A DNA stretch of 64,000 nt from Octopus vulgaris (lineage: Eukaryota). A program made the position numbers and the translations under genes. The DNA lies in the NCBI GenBank assembly GCA_951406725.2, contig OX597831.1, forward strand, positions 21,824,001 to 21,888,000. The letters are read 5' to 3'. Below the pieces are notes generated by a model that ran no database searches, was not told where the DNA came from, and saw only the letters and a program-made list of their open reading frames with translations. Below are positions 42,521-53,569 of the stretch, one piece after another (within the stretch, counting starts at the first letter, position 1; every line of letters starts with the position of its first letter).

Positions 42521-42746
42521 GTATGTGTGTATACGTTTGTGTGTCTGTGTTTGTCCCTCAACATCGCTTGACAACCGATGCTGGTGTGTTTACATCCCCG
42601 TAACGTACCGGTTCGGCAAAAGAGACCGATAGAATAAGTACTAGGCTTACAAAGAAGAAGTCTCGGGGTCGATTTGCTCGACTAAAGGCGGTGATCCAGA
42701 ATGGCCACAGTCAAATGATTGAAACAAGTCAAAGAGTAAAAGAGTA
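42275..42746 (+). mobile_element. SINE family A
   Basis: Homology to other copies. Confidence 0.92.
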
Positions 42747-42993
42747 CTTAAAAATCCTTATATGCTCCATCCTCATGTTATACACACACACACGCACACA
42801 CACATATATATATATATGCATTTATAGATATTTGTATGTGTATGTACTGTCATTGGTTATTTAGCCTTGGACAGCCATGAATACTTAGATAGCAGCTGTT
42901 CTTCTAATTGCTGGAGAAAATGCAGTGTAGCAGAGTAAGCTCTTACCATACAGGTATTCAGTGTTAGCAACCATAATTCTTACCGTCTTTCAA

Positions 42994-43481
42994 ATTTTGA
43001 AATAATGAAATTAATGCCATTTTTGAGAGATTTCTGAGAGACACTGTACATTTTCACTCGGTCCAAACCTTCCCGTTTACCCCTATATTTTCCATCATAT
43101 TACAGTATCTCTATGCTATTTTAGGGGTCTTACACTCACACGGACTTCAAACGGTATCTATTTTATTGCCTTTAAATTTGACCCTTTATACCCTTATGAT
43201 TTTGCAACCCAGCTTCTCCTTCTCTCTGCCGCTATTTCATTTTGAAATAATGAAATTAATGCCATTTTTGAGAGATTTCTGAGAGACACTCTACATTTTC
43301 ACTCGGTCCAAACCTTCACATTTACCCTATATTTTCCATCATTTTACAGTATCTCTATGCTATTTTAGGGGTCTTACACTCACACGGACTTCAAACGGTA
43401 TCTATTTTATTGCCTATAAAATTGACCCTTTAAACCCTTATGATTTTGCCACCCAGCTTCTTCTCCCTGCCAATATTTCAT
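42994..43481. repeat. Tandem duplication, ~245-bp unit x2
   Basis: ATTTTGAAATAATGAAATTAATGCC starts at 42994 and 43239; high identity. Confidence 0.95.
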
Positions 43482-43864
43482 AACTCCCTGTTTGGTATCT
43501 ACATAATATTGATTTACGCTTAATGGGACAACAGTCAGAGATAACATCATGAGACATGATGAGATACCGGCTGGACAGATTGTTTTAATTACTGTGCAAT
43601 ATAAAATAGAGACATTGGGAGGTGAGTGGTACGTTGTTATATGAGCAATTAATTAAAAAACTTGAAGGCAAACAAACGACGAATGACCGATTACTTTCTA
43701 TGCGTGTGTGTGTGTGTGTGCGTGTGTGCGCGTGTGCATCTGAGCGTGCGTTTCTGTGTGTTTCTATCTGTGTTCAGGAAACTACGATATGTCTCCTTAA
43801 GAAGAGGCTTAAAATTAAGCAGGAATTTATATATTTCTACGCACACATACACACACACACACAC

Positions 43865-43904
<40 letters not shown>

Positions 43905-44194
43905 ACATATGTATGTATATATACATACATATATACATATATTTATATACATACATATTTATATATTCAAATATATATATATATATATTTATACATACAA
44001 ACATAGATATCTAATATATTTACATATATCTAAACGCACATACAAATAATAGACAATTGTATATACATAAACGTATAATTTCATATATGAATACACAGAC
44101 ACACAGGCATGCATATATATACACACACACTCATGCACACACATACACACACACACATATATATACCTAAACAGTAGGTCATGTATGTATATGT

Positions 44195-44382
44195 GTATAT
44201 ATAGAACACTAGCCACTACACATTCTTTATTTCCTCTCCTTGTTTCTGTGCGTCTTTCTGTGGAAGAGCGTAGGCTCGAAACGTTACTTTTTCACTTCCC
44301 GAGCGTTAAACTAATACATCTGTTTGTTGTCTACACCACCTCACTTCGTCTTTTGTTTCCTTTTTTTGTGAATTCTCCCTAT
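44195..44382 (+). mobile_element. Hammerhead-like element, divergent H1 relative, in TA-rich tracts
   Basis: CTGTGGA A GAGC GTAG GCTC GAAAC GTT (44258-44285), then TTCCCGAGCGT...TAATAC as in H1. Confidence 0.6.
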
Positions 44383-44419
44383 ATATATATGTATGTATGT
44401 GCATGTGTTTATGTACATA

Positions 44420-44651
44420 TTCTTTTATTCATTTATTCTTTTATATGTTTCAATCATTTGACTGCGGCCATGCTTGAGCACCGCCTTTAGTCGAGCAAAT
44501 TAAGCCCAGGACTTATTTTTTTAAAGCCTAGTACTTATTCTATCAATCTCTTATTCTTTTGTAAGCCTAGTACTTATTCTACCCCTAAGTTACGGGGACG
44601 TAAATGCACCAGCATCGGTGAAAGATGTTGAAGGAATAAACACAGACACAA

Positions 44652-44690
<39 letters not shown>

Positions 44691-44839
44691 CGACAGGCTT
44701 CTTTCAGTTTCCGTCTATCAAATCCACTCACAATGCTTTGGGCGGCCCGCTACTTGCCCAAGGTGCCACGCAGTGGCACTGAACCTGGAACCATGTGGTT
44801 GGTAAGCAAGCTACTCACCACACAGCCACTCCTACACCT
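44420..44839 (-). mobile_element. SINE family A with internal rearrangements
   Basis: Duplicated AAGCCTAGTACTTATTCTA; small deletions. Confidence 0.9.
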
Positions 44840-45741
44840 GTATATAAATTTTTAAACTTATCTCTAAGTCAAAACAATGCTAGCTGAAGTATTAATATAC
44901 ATCGTTTGTATCAATCTACTATTTCAATATTACAGGATTACTATTCGTTCTTTGGAAAATTTACGGAGAGGATTTTTAGCTGACATATCTTCGTTGTAGT
45001 ATGTGTTTGTGCGTGTGCAGGGTTATTTTACATTTCTATTGTAACCAATCGGTTGCATGCAGCACTTACCGATGTTTCTCTTTCTTGCTTCAGTGGAAAC
45101 TTCGATGCCTTGTGCATGACATTCCAGTTGGTTATTTTTTATGGAAAAACTATTAGCATATAGCTGTTCTTTAAAGTGAATATTAATTTGTGTGTTGTTA
45201 CTTCCGTGTAGAATTTAATAATTTTTATACGTCCTTTTATGTATCTCTACTGAGAATCGCAGATAAGTATTTTCCTTTTTGTTCAAGAACTTAGGCAATG
45301 CACATAAGTGATTGTATTTTCTCGAGCTGCTTTTTAGTTAGGACTCTTCTCAGGGAAGATCCGTAGTCTACCAATCGCATATTTAATTCCTTACTATGGA
45401 GTGCATTGCTGATTGCAGTGGCTGATTTTACGTTTAGAATGTGACAGTTGTAAAAACAAGTTGTCCATGGATGGCCAGGTTTAGTTATGTAGTCTGTTGA
45501 TATCCTGGCATTTACTGAAAGAGTAAGCATAGCCATTATCTACTTTTATACCATGTATACTCTTTTAGGAATGCATGGAGTTGGTATTTTTGCTTCTTGC
45601 CTTGCTCCTGAACCAGTTGTTAAGCGTCCCATCCATGAGAGATCGAAGCTAGATTTTTCGAAAGAATTGTCGTGATTAATAATAACAATTCTCGTTTATT
45701 CCATCTTCCGTCATTTATTTAGTGCATACACAACTATATAA

Positions 45742-45801
<60 letters not shown>

Positions 45802-45803
<2 letters not shown>

Positions 45804-46203
45804 TCTTTAACTTTTTTACTCATTTACTTGTTTCAGTCATTTGATTGCGGCCATGCTGGAGCACCGCCTTTAGTCGAGCAAATCGACCCAGGAGTAATTT
45901 CTGCAAGTCTAGTACTAATTCTATCGGTGTCTTATGCCGAACCGCTAAGTTACGGGGTCGTTAACACACCAGCATCGGTTGTCAAGAAATGCTGGAGGGA
46001 CAAACACACACACACAAACATATATATCTATACATATATACAACGGGCTTCTTTCAGTTTCCGTCTACCAAATCCACTCACCAGGCTTTGGTCGTCCAAA
46101 GGCTATAGTAGAAGACACTTGCCCGAGGTGCCACGCAGTGGGACTAAACCCGGAACCATGTGGTTGGTAAGCAAGCTAGTCACCACACAGCCACTCCTGC
46201 GCC
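45802..46203 (-). mobile_element. SINE family A
   Basis: Homology to other copies. Confidence 0.92.
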
Positions 46204-46258
46204 TATATACACATATTATATATACATATATATTTACACATGTATATATGTATGTATG

Positions 46259-46329
<71 letters not shown>

Positions 46330-46904
46330 GCATGATGAATAGAGACAATTCATATATTCATGTACAGATACATACATGGATACATACATATATATGAATT
46401 ATCTCTATAGTCATGATATTCAGAGCCTTAAGCTGGAACACATGAAAATGTCACTTGTTGATAAATTACGCGGATACATAAATACACGGCTAAAAGCGCA
46501 TACAAACACATGTGCATACATGTACACATACACACGCGTACACACTCATACACACACACACACATATCAACGGATAAAGAGACATCAAGCAAGTTTCACT
46601 TTCAAAATGTCTTCAAGGAGATATTAAATACGTTCTATATGATGTATGATGTTCTGAAATTTTCAGAAATGCCTAGCGGGTATAGATAAAGGTATATCGC
46701 CCGGAATATGGCATAAGCGACTCCAAAGACCTAAGTGAACTTTCAGTTGGTAGTGCAGCTGGTTTCTCAGAGGGCATTCTGGGAGTTGTGTTGAACGAAT
46801 CAATTTAGAGAATCATTTTCTACGACTCACCAAGATTTAGATTCATACATACCTGCCTATATATCAATGTGTCATTGAGTGTGTGTGTGTGTGTGTGTGT
46901 GATG

Positions 46905-47605
46905 TGATTGTGTAACTGCATATATATATATATATCTATGTATGAGTGTGTGTGTGTGTGTGTGTATGTATGTGGCTGCATATATATCTATGTACAAGTG
47001 TGTGTGGCTGCATATGTATCTACGTACAAGTGTGTGTGTGTGGCTGCATATATATCTACGTACAAGTGTGTACGTGTGGCTGCATATATATCTACGTACA
47101 AGTGTGTGTGTGTGACTGCATATATATCTATGTATGAGTGTGTGCCTGTGTGTGGCTGCATATGTATCTACGTACAAGTGTGTGTGTGTGTGGTTGCATA
47201 TATATCTACGTACAAGTGTGTGTGTGGTGCATATATATCTACGTACAAGTGTGTGTGTGTGGCTGCATATATATCTATGTATAAGTGCGTATATGTGGCT
47301 GCATATATATCTATGTATGAGTGTGTGCGTGTGTGTGGCTGCATATATATCTACGTACAAGTGTGTGTGTGTGGCTGCATATATATCTACGTATGAGTGT
47401 GTGCGTGTGTGTGGCTGCATATATATCTACGTACAAGTGTGTGTGTGTGACTGCATATATATCTATGTATGAGTGTGTGCGTGTGTGTGGCTGCATATAT
47501 ATCTATGTACAAGTGCGTGTGCGTGGCTGCATATATATCTATGTGCGAGAGTGTGTGTGTGTGCGTGAGACTGCATATATGTCTATGTTTGTGTGTGTGA
47601 CTGCC
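46905..47605. repeat. Minisatellite, ~34-42-bp unit (GT)nGGCTGCATATATATCTACGTACAA
   Basis: Roughly 18 variable units, two recurring variants (CGTACAA and TGTATGA). Confidence 0.95.
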
Positions 47606-47991
47606 TAAACATGTGTGTGTGCGTGTATATATCTGTCTGAGTGTAGACACAAGTGCGTACGGATGCACAAGGGCCCACTGTGCTATACACATAAAACAGG
47701 GACACATTTTCTCTCTCTCTCTCTCTCTCTGTCCGTCTATCAAAGAGACACAGATTCATATACATGTATATATATACACACACACGTGTGTTTGTGTCTG
47801 TGTGTTAGTGTGCGTGTACTTCTATATGCATGCATACATATGTTGGTACATATATATATATATATATATACAAACTTATATACTTGAGGCAGCAATCATA
47901 TATCAGCCCGTCTGTCTGTGTGGCCACATCTTTCTGTTTATCTTTTTCCTCACCTCTGTATACACACACACACACACACACGTATGCATGC

Positions 47992-47995
<4 letters not shown>

Positions 47996-48024
<29 letters not shown>

Positions 48025-48345
48025 TGTATGTATGTAGGTAGGTAGGTAGGTAGGTAGGTAGGTAGGTAGGTAGGTAGGTAGGTATACACAATATACACAC
48101 ACGACGATAGAAACAGTGAGACATACATATATGCAGGCACACTTATACACACACACATATATATACACACATACATACATATATATAAATTCATATACTT
48201 ATATATTATTATGATATCTTCGTGTAAATATATATTTAAATATAAATATACATACATAAAACTTATGTGTGTGTGTATATAAATATACATATATACACAC
48301 ACGCATATATGTATATATTTATATATGCAGTTAGATAGACAGACT

Positions 48346-48443
<98 letters not shown>

Positions 48444-48455
48444 CAGATAGATTGA
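47996..48455. repeat. (ATGT)n, (AGGT)n and (GATA)n microsatellites
   Basis: Direct reading. Confidence 0.9.
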
Positions 48456-49402
48456 TTGATACAAATTCACGACTACGTATGTATGAATATATCACTGTGA
48501 ACACTTATGTACGTATATGCTTGAATATATATGTACGTGCATGTGTGAGTATGCGTGCATGTGTGTGTGTATGTGTTGATGTTACCGAGTGGATTAATTA
48601 TTGTTTGTCTAATGTGTGTAATTAGCATCTGTTCCATTTGACTCTCACATCTCTCCAATTCCTGATGCGCACCCCTGCTGTCCACTCTCAACACCGAAAA
48701 ACTCCATGCTATTGTGAGTAAATACAATAATTGTAGGCTTTTATCGTTATCTTTCGGCTATTCGTTCGTTTATCCATTCGTACATTCTTACACTCTCGAA
48801 CACCTTTAATATCTTATTCCTCTGCCTTGTCGTTTCTTTCTTCTTTCTCTCTTTCTTTCATGCACGCTTTCTTACAACAGCAAACACAACTACTACCACC
48901 ACCACCACCACCACCACCACCACAGCAACAAAACAACATCACGGCTTCCAGTACTAGATTTTTTAAAATTTATAAACGCACGGTTGTTATACATATGTGT
49001 GTGTGTATGTGTGTGAGTGTGTGTGCGTATACTTTTGTGTGTGTGTATGTATGAATGTATGTATATATGCAAACACCCATGCACGAGTAGATCTGTAAAG
49101 GAAGGAAAATAGTGTTCAATACATTAAGTGGTGATGTGCGTTTTTTTGCGGATGTGCCTATGACTACGAAACTTTGAGTAATGTGGTGCTAAGTCAACAC
49201 GTTGTGTGCTAGTGAGTGACTTTGCGAGGGTATGCGTGTGAGTGACTGTGTATGGGTTGGGTGTGTCTGTAAAATATTAAGCGAGATTTTTTATTATATA
49301 TATATATATATATATAATATAAATAATACATAGATATATGCATATATATATATACATACATATACGTACATACCTACATATGTATGTATATATACATGCA
49401 TA

Positions 49403-49618
49403 TATGGGTACAGGACATAAAAAAACGTTGAACCCGATGAGAAAGGAAAACATTAAAAAAAACATAGAAATGATCTTTTTTTCGAACAACGAAAAAATAA
49501 ACAGAGAAACAAGACATGCAACATAAATAGTATTCGCCCTCTTCAGTTGTCCCTGTTTCATCTGTTCCGCGTTCGAAGGCAAGGGCAATACGCTACTTCG
49601 TTGCAGTAGTCCTTCCCG

Positions 49619-49620
<2 letters not shown>
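49403..49620 (-). mobile_element. Family H2 element in (TA)n context
   Basis: Homologous to 8965-9152; minus strand CTTCGAACGCGG...CAACTGAAGAGGG. Confidence 0.6.
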
Positions 49621-49668
<48 letters not shown>

Positions 49669-50072
49669 AATATTTCTTTTCGTTTGCTGCCCCGTCTTCA
49701 GGATGAAGTGATGTTGGGATATGTTACTGTCACGCTAGGTCAAGTTGTTTAAGGTAGAACTGTGACGCATGATGTGGCAGCCTGGGTGAACCACTAATGT
49801 CTACGAAACTTCAAGTAATGCGGAGTTAACATGTTATGAAACATTTGTGTGCGTGCGTGTGGGTATGTGTGTGTGTATGCGTGTGCGTGGGCGCGTCTTG
49901 GAAGTTTTGTATACGTATAGTTTGTACAGGTGGATTGAGAACAGCATTGTTTTCTCATGTTAACCTCACCAAAGTTTTGTGGGCCACACCAATTGTAATT
50001 TTTAAGGAATATATAAGTTTAACAAGAAGTTTGTTTTAAGTGGCCGAAAGCGAACACTGTCTGCTTACACAG

Positions 50073-50326
50073 CAATAGTTTTCAACCGGGGTCCACGTGG
50101 CCCTTGCAGACCTATTTAAGATTTTGCTGTCAAAATTTATCTGCAGTAAATTGGTTATATTTCCAAAATACAGAAAATATCTTAACAATTTTTATACAAT
50201 CCCTAATAATTTTTTTAAGTATAAAAGTATGTTGTTGTTTTGTGTTTTCTCAATTGGTTATGGGGTCCATCTGAGTAAAATAGGAATCAAAGGCGTCAAT
50301 AGGCAAAAAATGGTTGAGAACCTCTC
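50073..50326. mobile_element. hAT MITE, same family as 15-268
   Basis: Degenerate TIRs; TSD TTACACAG/TTATACAG (7 of 8). Confidence 0.75.
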
Positions 50327-50347
50327 TTATACAGCATCAACAAGAGT

Positions 50348-50706
50348 AATTCCCTCCGCCTTAGCGAAATTAGAGGTATTGTTTTCAGTCGTATTTGTTT
50401 GTTTGTCTGTCCTTGGACAAGATATCTCAAGAACCGCTGGATGGATTCGGAGGAAACTTTCAGGGATGTTTGGCCTCGTGATTGGCACAAACTGAATAGA
50501 TTTTGGTACCGGACAAGGATTCTGGATTATTTTTCCTCCTGCTTTTACTTAATTTTTGAGCGTGGTCGGGTTCATTTTTAGTATTCTCGTGTGTGAGAGC
50601 TGTTGAGTTTATTTCAGATATTCGCATTTTAAAAATCATCTCTGGCTAATCGTTGAGAGGACGTTCGTGTTGCCTTGGGAGAGGATTGCGCTCTCAGAGT
50701 GCTCTT

Positions 50707-50710
<4 letters not shown>
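50348..50710 (+). mobile_element. Helentron-associated (DINE/HINE-like) non-autonomous element
   Basis: 5' CCTCCGCC subterminal repeat, (GTTT/GTCT) microsatellite, 3' GGGAGAGG plus GCGCTCTCAGAGTGC hairpin, T-rich ends. Confidence 0.65.
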
Positions 50711-50752
<42 letters not shown>

Positions 50753-51617
50753 CGTATTCTGAATGGTAAGGTCAGGAAGGTTCTCAGGCACGTGACAGAA
50801 GCTTCTTGTAACACCATGGGTCAGTTAAAATAAGAACAAAGTACACATGTCAGAGTTTTATGAATAAACGCTATTTGTAATCTCGAATAATGGGTAGAAT
50901 CTATATATATTATAAACTAATGAATTGGCATGGGTAACATCTAGAAATGCGGTATACATAAAAATTAATATAATTTGAATTTTATCAAATTTCTTGGTGC
51001 TCATATAAAATGATGGAAAGAATACTAATTTTTAAAAAGGAAAAATATTTATTACCTGGAAATAAGAATTAAATGAAACAAATTTCTCATTTCTATAACT
51101 CCACCGAGACTACTGAGTAATTAATTCCCCCTCCTTCTCTTCCTCCTCCTCCTCCTCCTCCTCCCTTCTCCTCCTCCCTTTCTCCTCCCCTTTCTCCTCC
51201 TCCTCTTGCTCCTCGCCATCTTCCTCTTCTTCTGCCCTCCTCATACTCGTCTTCCATCACCTATTTCTCCTCTTCTCTCTTTCTATGATTCGTTATCTCT
51301 CTTTGTGCGTGTGTTCGTCTGTGTGTGCGTGTGTGTATGTGTGTATGTTTGCGTGCAGCAGCGTTGTTTTACTCATTGCCTAGCACCGAGCCTACTACAC
51401 GCACTCATTGTGCACCCTTTTACATTAACTCACCCTGCTTCTCTCTGTTATTCTCTTCCTCCCACCTCTATCCATTAGATGAAAAGCGTTAAGTGATGAA
51501 ATCAGCAACCCATCGAAAACGCAACCAACATTCATATCTTTTTGCTATTTCAGTGCGGTATTAATATAAAAAATGGAGCAAAAGAAAAATGAAGAAGCAA
51601 AACGAATTCTTTTAAAA

Positions 51618-51775
51618 ATGTTTAGTCCCTGTCCTCTTAAAAACATTAAAAGAAAATGCAATGATGATGATAACTTCTTGGTAGGTTTCAAGTCTGGTGG
51701 CAACCGGCCAGTTTGTATTGAATGTGGTATAAATCTTACTTACTAATGATTCTAAGAAAAGAAAATTGAACTAGA
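51618..51775 (+). pseudogene. Possible hAT Charlie/Buster transposase N-terminal (BED finger) relic
   Basis: KRKCNDDDNFLVGFKSGGNRPVCIECGINLT/NDSKKRKL resembles KRKY...YL.FGF...P.CV.C...LSN.SMKP.KL. Confidence 0.4.
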
Positions 51776-51848
51776 ATTTTATCAGTAAAGAAAATATCTA
51801 TTGTCTTCCGGTAAAGGAAGGCAGAAATTCGAAGAAAAAAAAGAGACG

Positions 51849-51850
51849 AC

Positions 51851-51930
<80 letters not shown>

Positions 51931-52010
51931 TAATAATGATAATGATGATGATGATGATGATGATAATAATAATAATAATAATAATGATAATAATAATAAT
52001 AATTATAATA
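51849..52010. repeat. (GAT)/(AAT)n microsatellite
   Basis: Direct reading. Confidence 0.95.
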
Positions 52011-52685
52011 CTGTGTGTCAAATTGGAGGATTTTTTCCTATTTTTTTTCTTTTTCTTTCGTTGCGAAAAGAAGAATCAGTTAAAAATGAAAACTTTGAAG
52101 TCTAGTTACATGGCCTCTGGAATAATTGTTTCGATTTTTAAGTACAAGGTCTGCAGATTTCAAAGGAAAGGGGGCGGAGTTCATCGATTCGATTAACTCT
52201 AGTACTTGACTTATACTTTGTTTTATTATTTTACAGAGGAGTGACAGGGTAAAATTACATCGGTAGAATTTCGAAATTAGAACGTAAAGAGCCGGAAGAA
52301 ACGAGCGTTTTGTCTGATGCGTTAATGATTCCGTCAATCCAACGTTGTTGGCGTCCGAAACGATAATGAAAGTAGACACGTAGATATACCACGAGTTTAT
52401 GGTGGAAAAAAAGCTTGTTAAGACACTTTCGTTGGGCTTTTGCCAAAGAACATCTTGAAAATAATGTTATCAAACGATATAAGGGCGAACAAACACGTGC
52501 GCGCATGCACACACACTCGCACACATACACTTACACACATTTACACACTCTCACACATGTACATATATGTATATATATACATATATGTATATATATATAT
52601 AAATATATATATATTTATATATATATTTACACACTCTGACACATATACATATATGTATATATATATAAATATATATACATACATG

Positions 52686-52720
<35 letters not shown>

Positions 52721-52728
<8 letters not shown>

Positions 52729-53027
52729 ATCACGTGACCGACCAGATCATCAGATGTTGTTACACATCGCTGGTCACAATGCATTCGCATTGTTTTAGCC
52801 TTCGAATGACGCCACCCCGCTGGCTAAGCGAGCAGGCCAACAGAAGAAAGAGTGGGAGAAAGAGTGGTGAAAGAGTACAGCAGGGATCACCACCCCCTAC
52901 CGGAGCCTCGTGGAGCTCTTAGGTGTTTTCGCTCAATAAACACTCACAACGCCCGGTCTGGGAATCGAAACCGCGATCCTACGACCGCGAGTCCGCTGCC
53001 CTAACCTCTGGGCCATTGCGCCTCCAC
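52721..53027 (-). mobile_element. SINE family B, tail type 2, with (CACGTGAT)n end
   Basis: Reverse complement of the 19151 copy. Confidence 0.92.
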
Positions 53028-53061
<34 letters not shown>

Positions 53062-53062
<1 letters not shown>

Positions 53063-53242
53063 TGACCACGCGTGTACCGTTGGCGATTTTTTTTCCTCCG
53101 TCTTCCCTTTGCATCTTTCCTTTTCCTATGTTTCTGACGAAGAGCTCCACTCGAAACGTTAAATCCTCCTTCTTCCCTTCATTCCTGAGCGTCCAATAAT
53201 ACTATACTTGTTCCACGTCCTCGCGTTGTTGTGTTTTCTCTT
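53062..53242 (+). mobile_element. Hammerhead-bearing element family H1
   Basis: Homologous to 33355-33558; follows (TA)n. Confidence 0.85.
53130..53164 (+). ncRNA. Minimal type-I hammerhead ribozyme motif, intact core
   Basis: GTTT CTGACGA A GAG-CTCCA-CTC GAAAC GTT AAAT; stem I GUUU/AAAU; palindromic AACGUU stem III. Confidence 0.8.
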
Positions 53243-53481
53243 TTAAAGCCTAGCCAGGCTCATGGGCCCGGTTCTCAGGTCTCTATGGCGTATGAGTTTC
53301 CCAGCTGAACGGAACGCCAGTCCATCGCAGCGTTACTCATTTCTGCCAGCTGAGTGAACTGGAGCAACGTGAACTGAAGTGTTTTGCTCAAGAACACAAC
53401 GCATCGCCCGGTCCAGGAATCGAAACCACAATCTTACGATCATGATGCTGACATCCTAATCACTAAACCACGCGCCTCCAC
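53243..53481 (-). mobile_element. SINE family C
   Basis: Reverse complement of the 39853 copy. Confidence 0.88.
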
Positions 53482-53569
53482 ATACCAACACGTATGCATT
53501 CGTTTTGTTATCTAATAACCACAACCAAATTTCCGATTCCCGGGAGGAAGGTGCTATAAGGTAGCGTAC

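Noticed and set aside
45291-45536. 81-aa minus-strand ORF in unique-looking DNA
   Set aside because: No recognisable domain; possibly a transposon relic but unsupported
45828-46397. Recurring peptides such as [20 protein letters not shown] and [19 protein letters not shown], resembling a gene family
   Set aside because: Antisense read-through of SINE family A
46905-47605. CRISPR-like spacing of ~36-bp repeats
   Set aside because: No unique spacers, no cas genes, eukaryotic context; it is a minisatellite
52747-52753. CTGATGA on the minus strand in SINE B tail 2
   Set aside because: No downstream stem II/GAAA, and the sister copy reads CTGATAG
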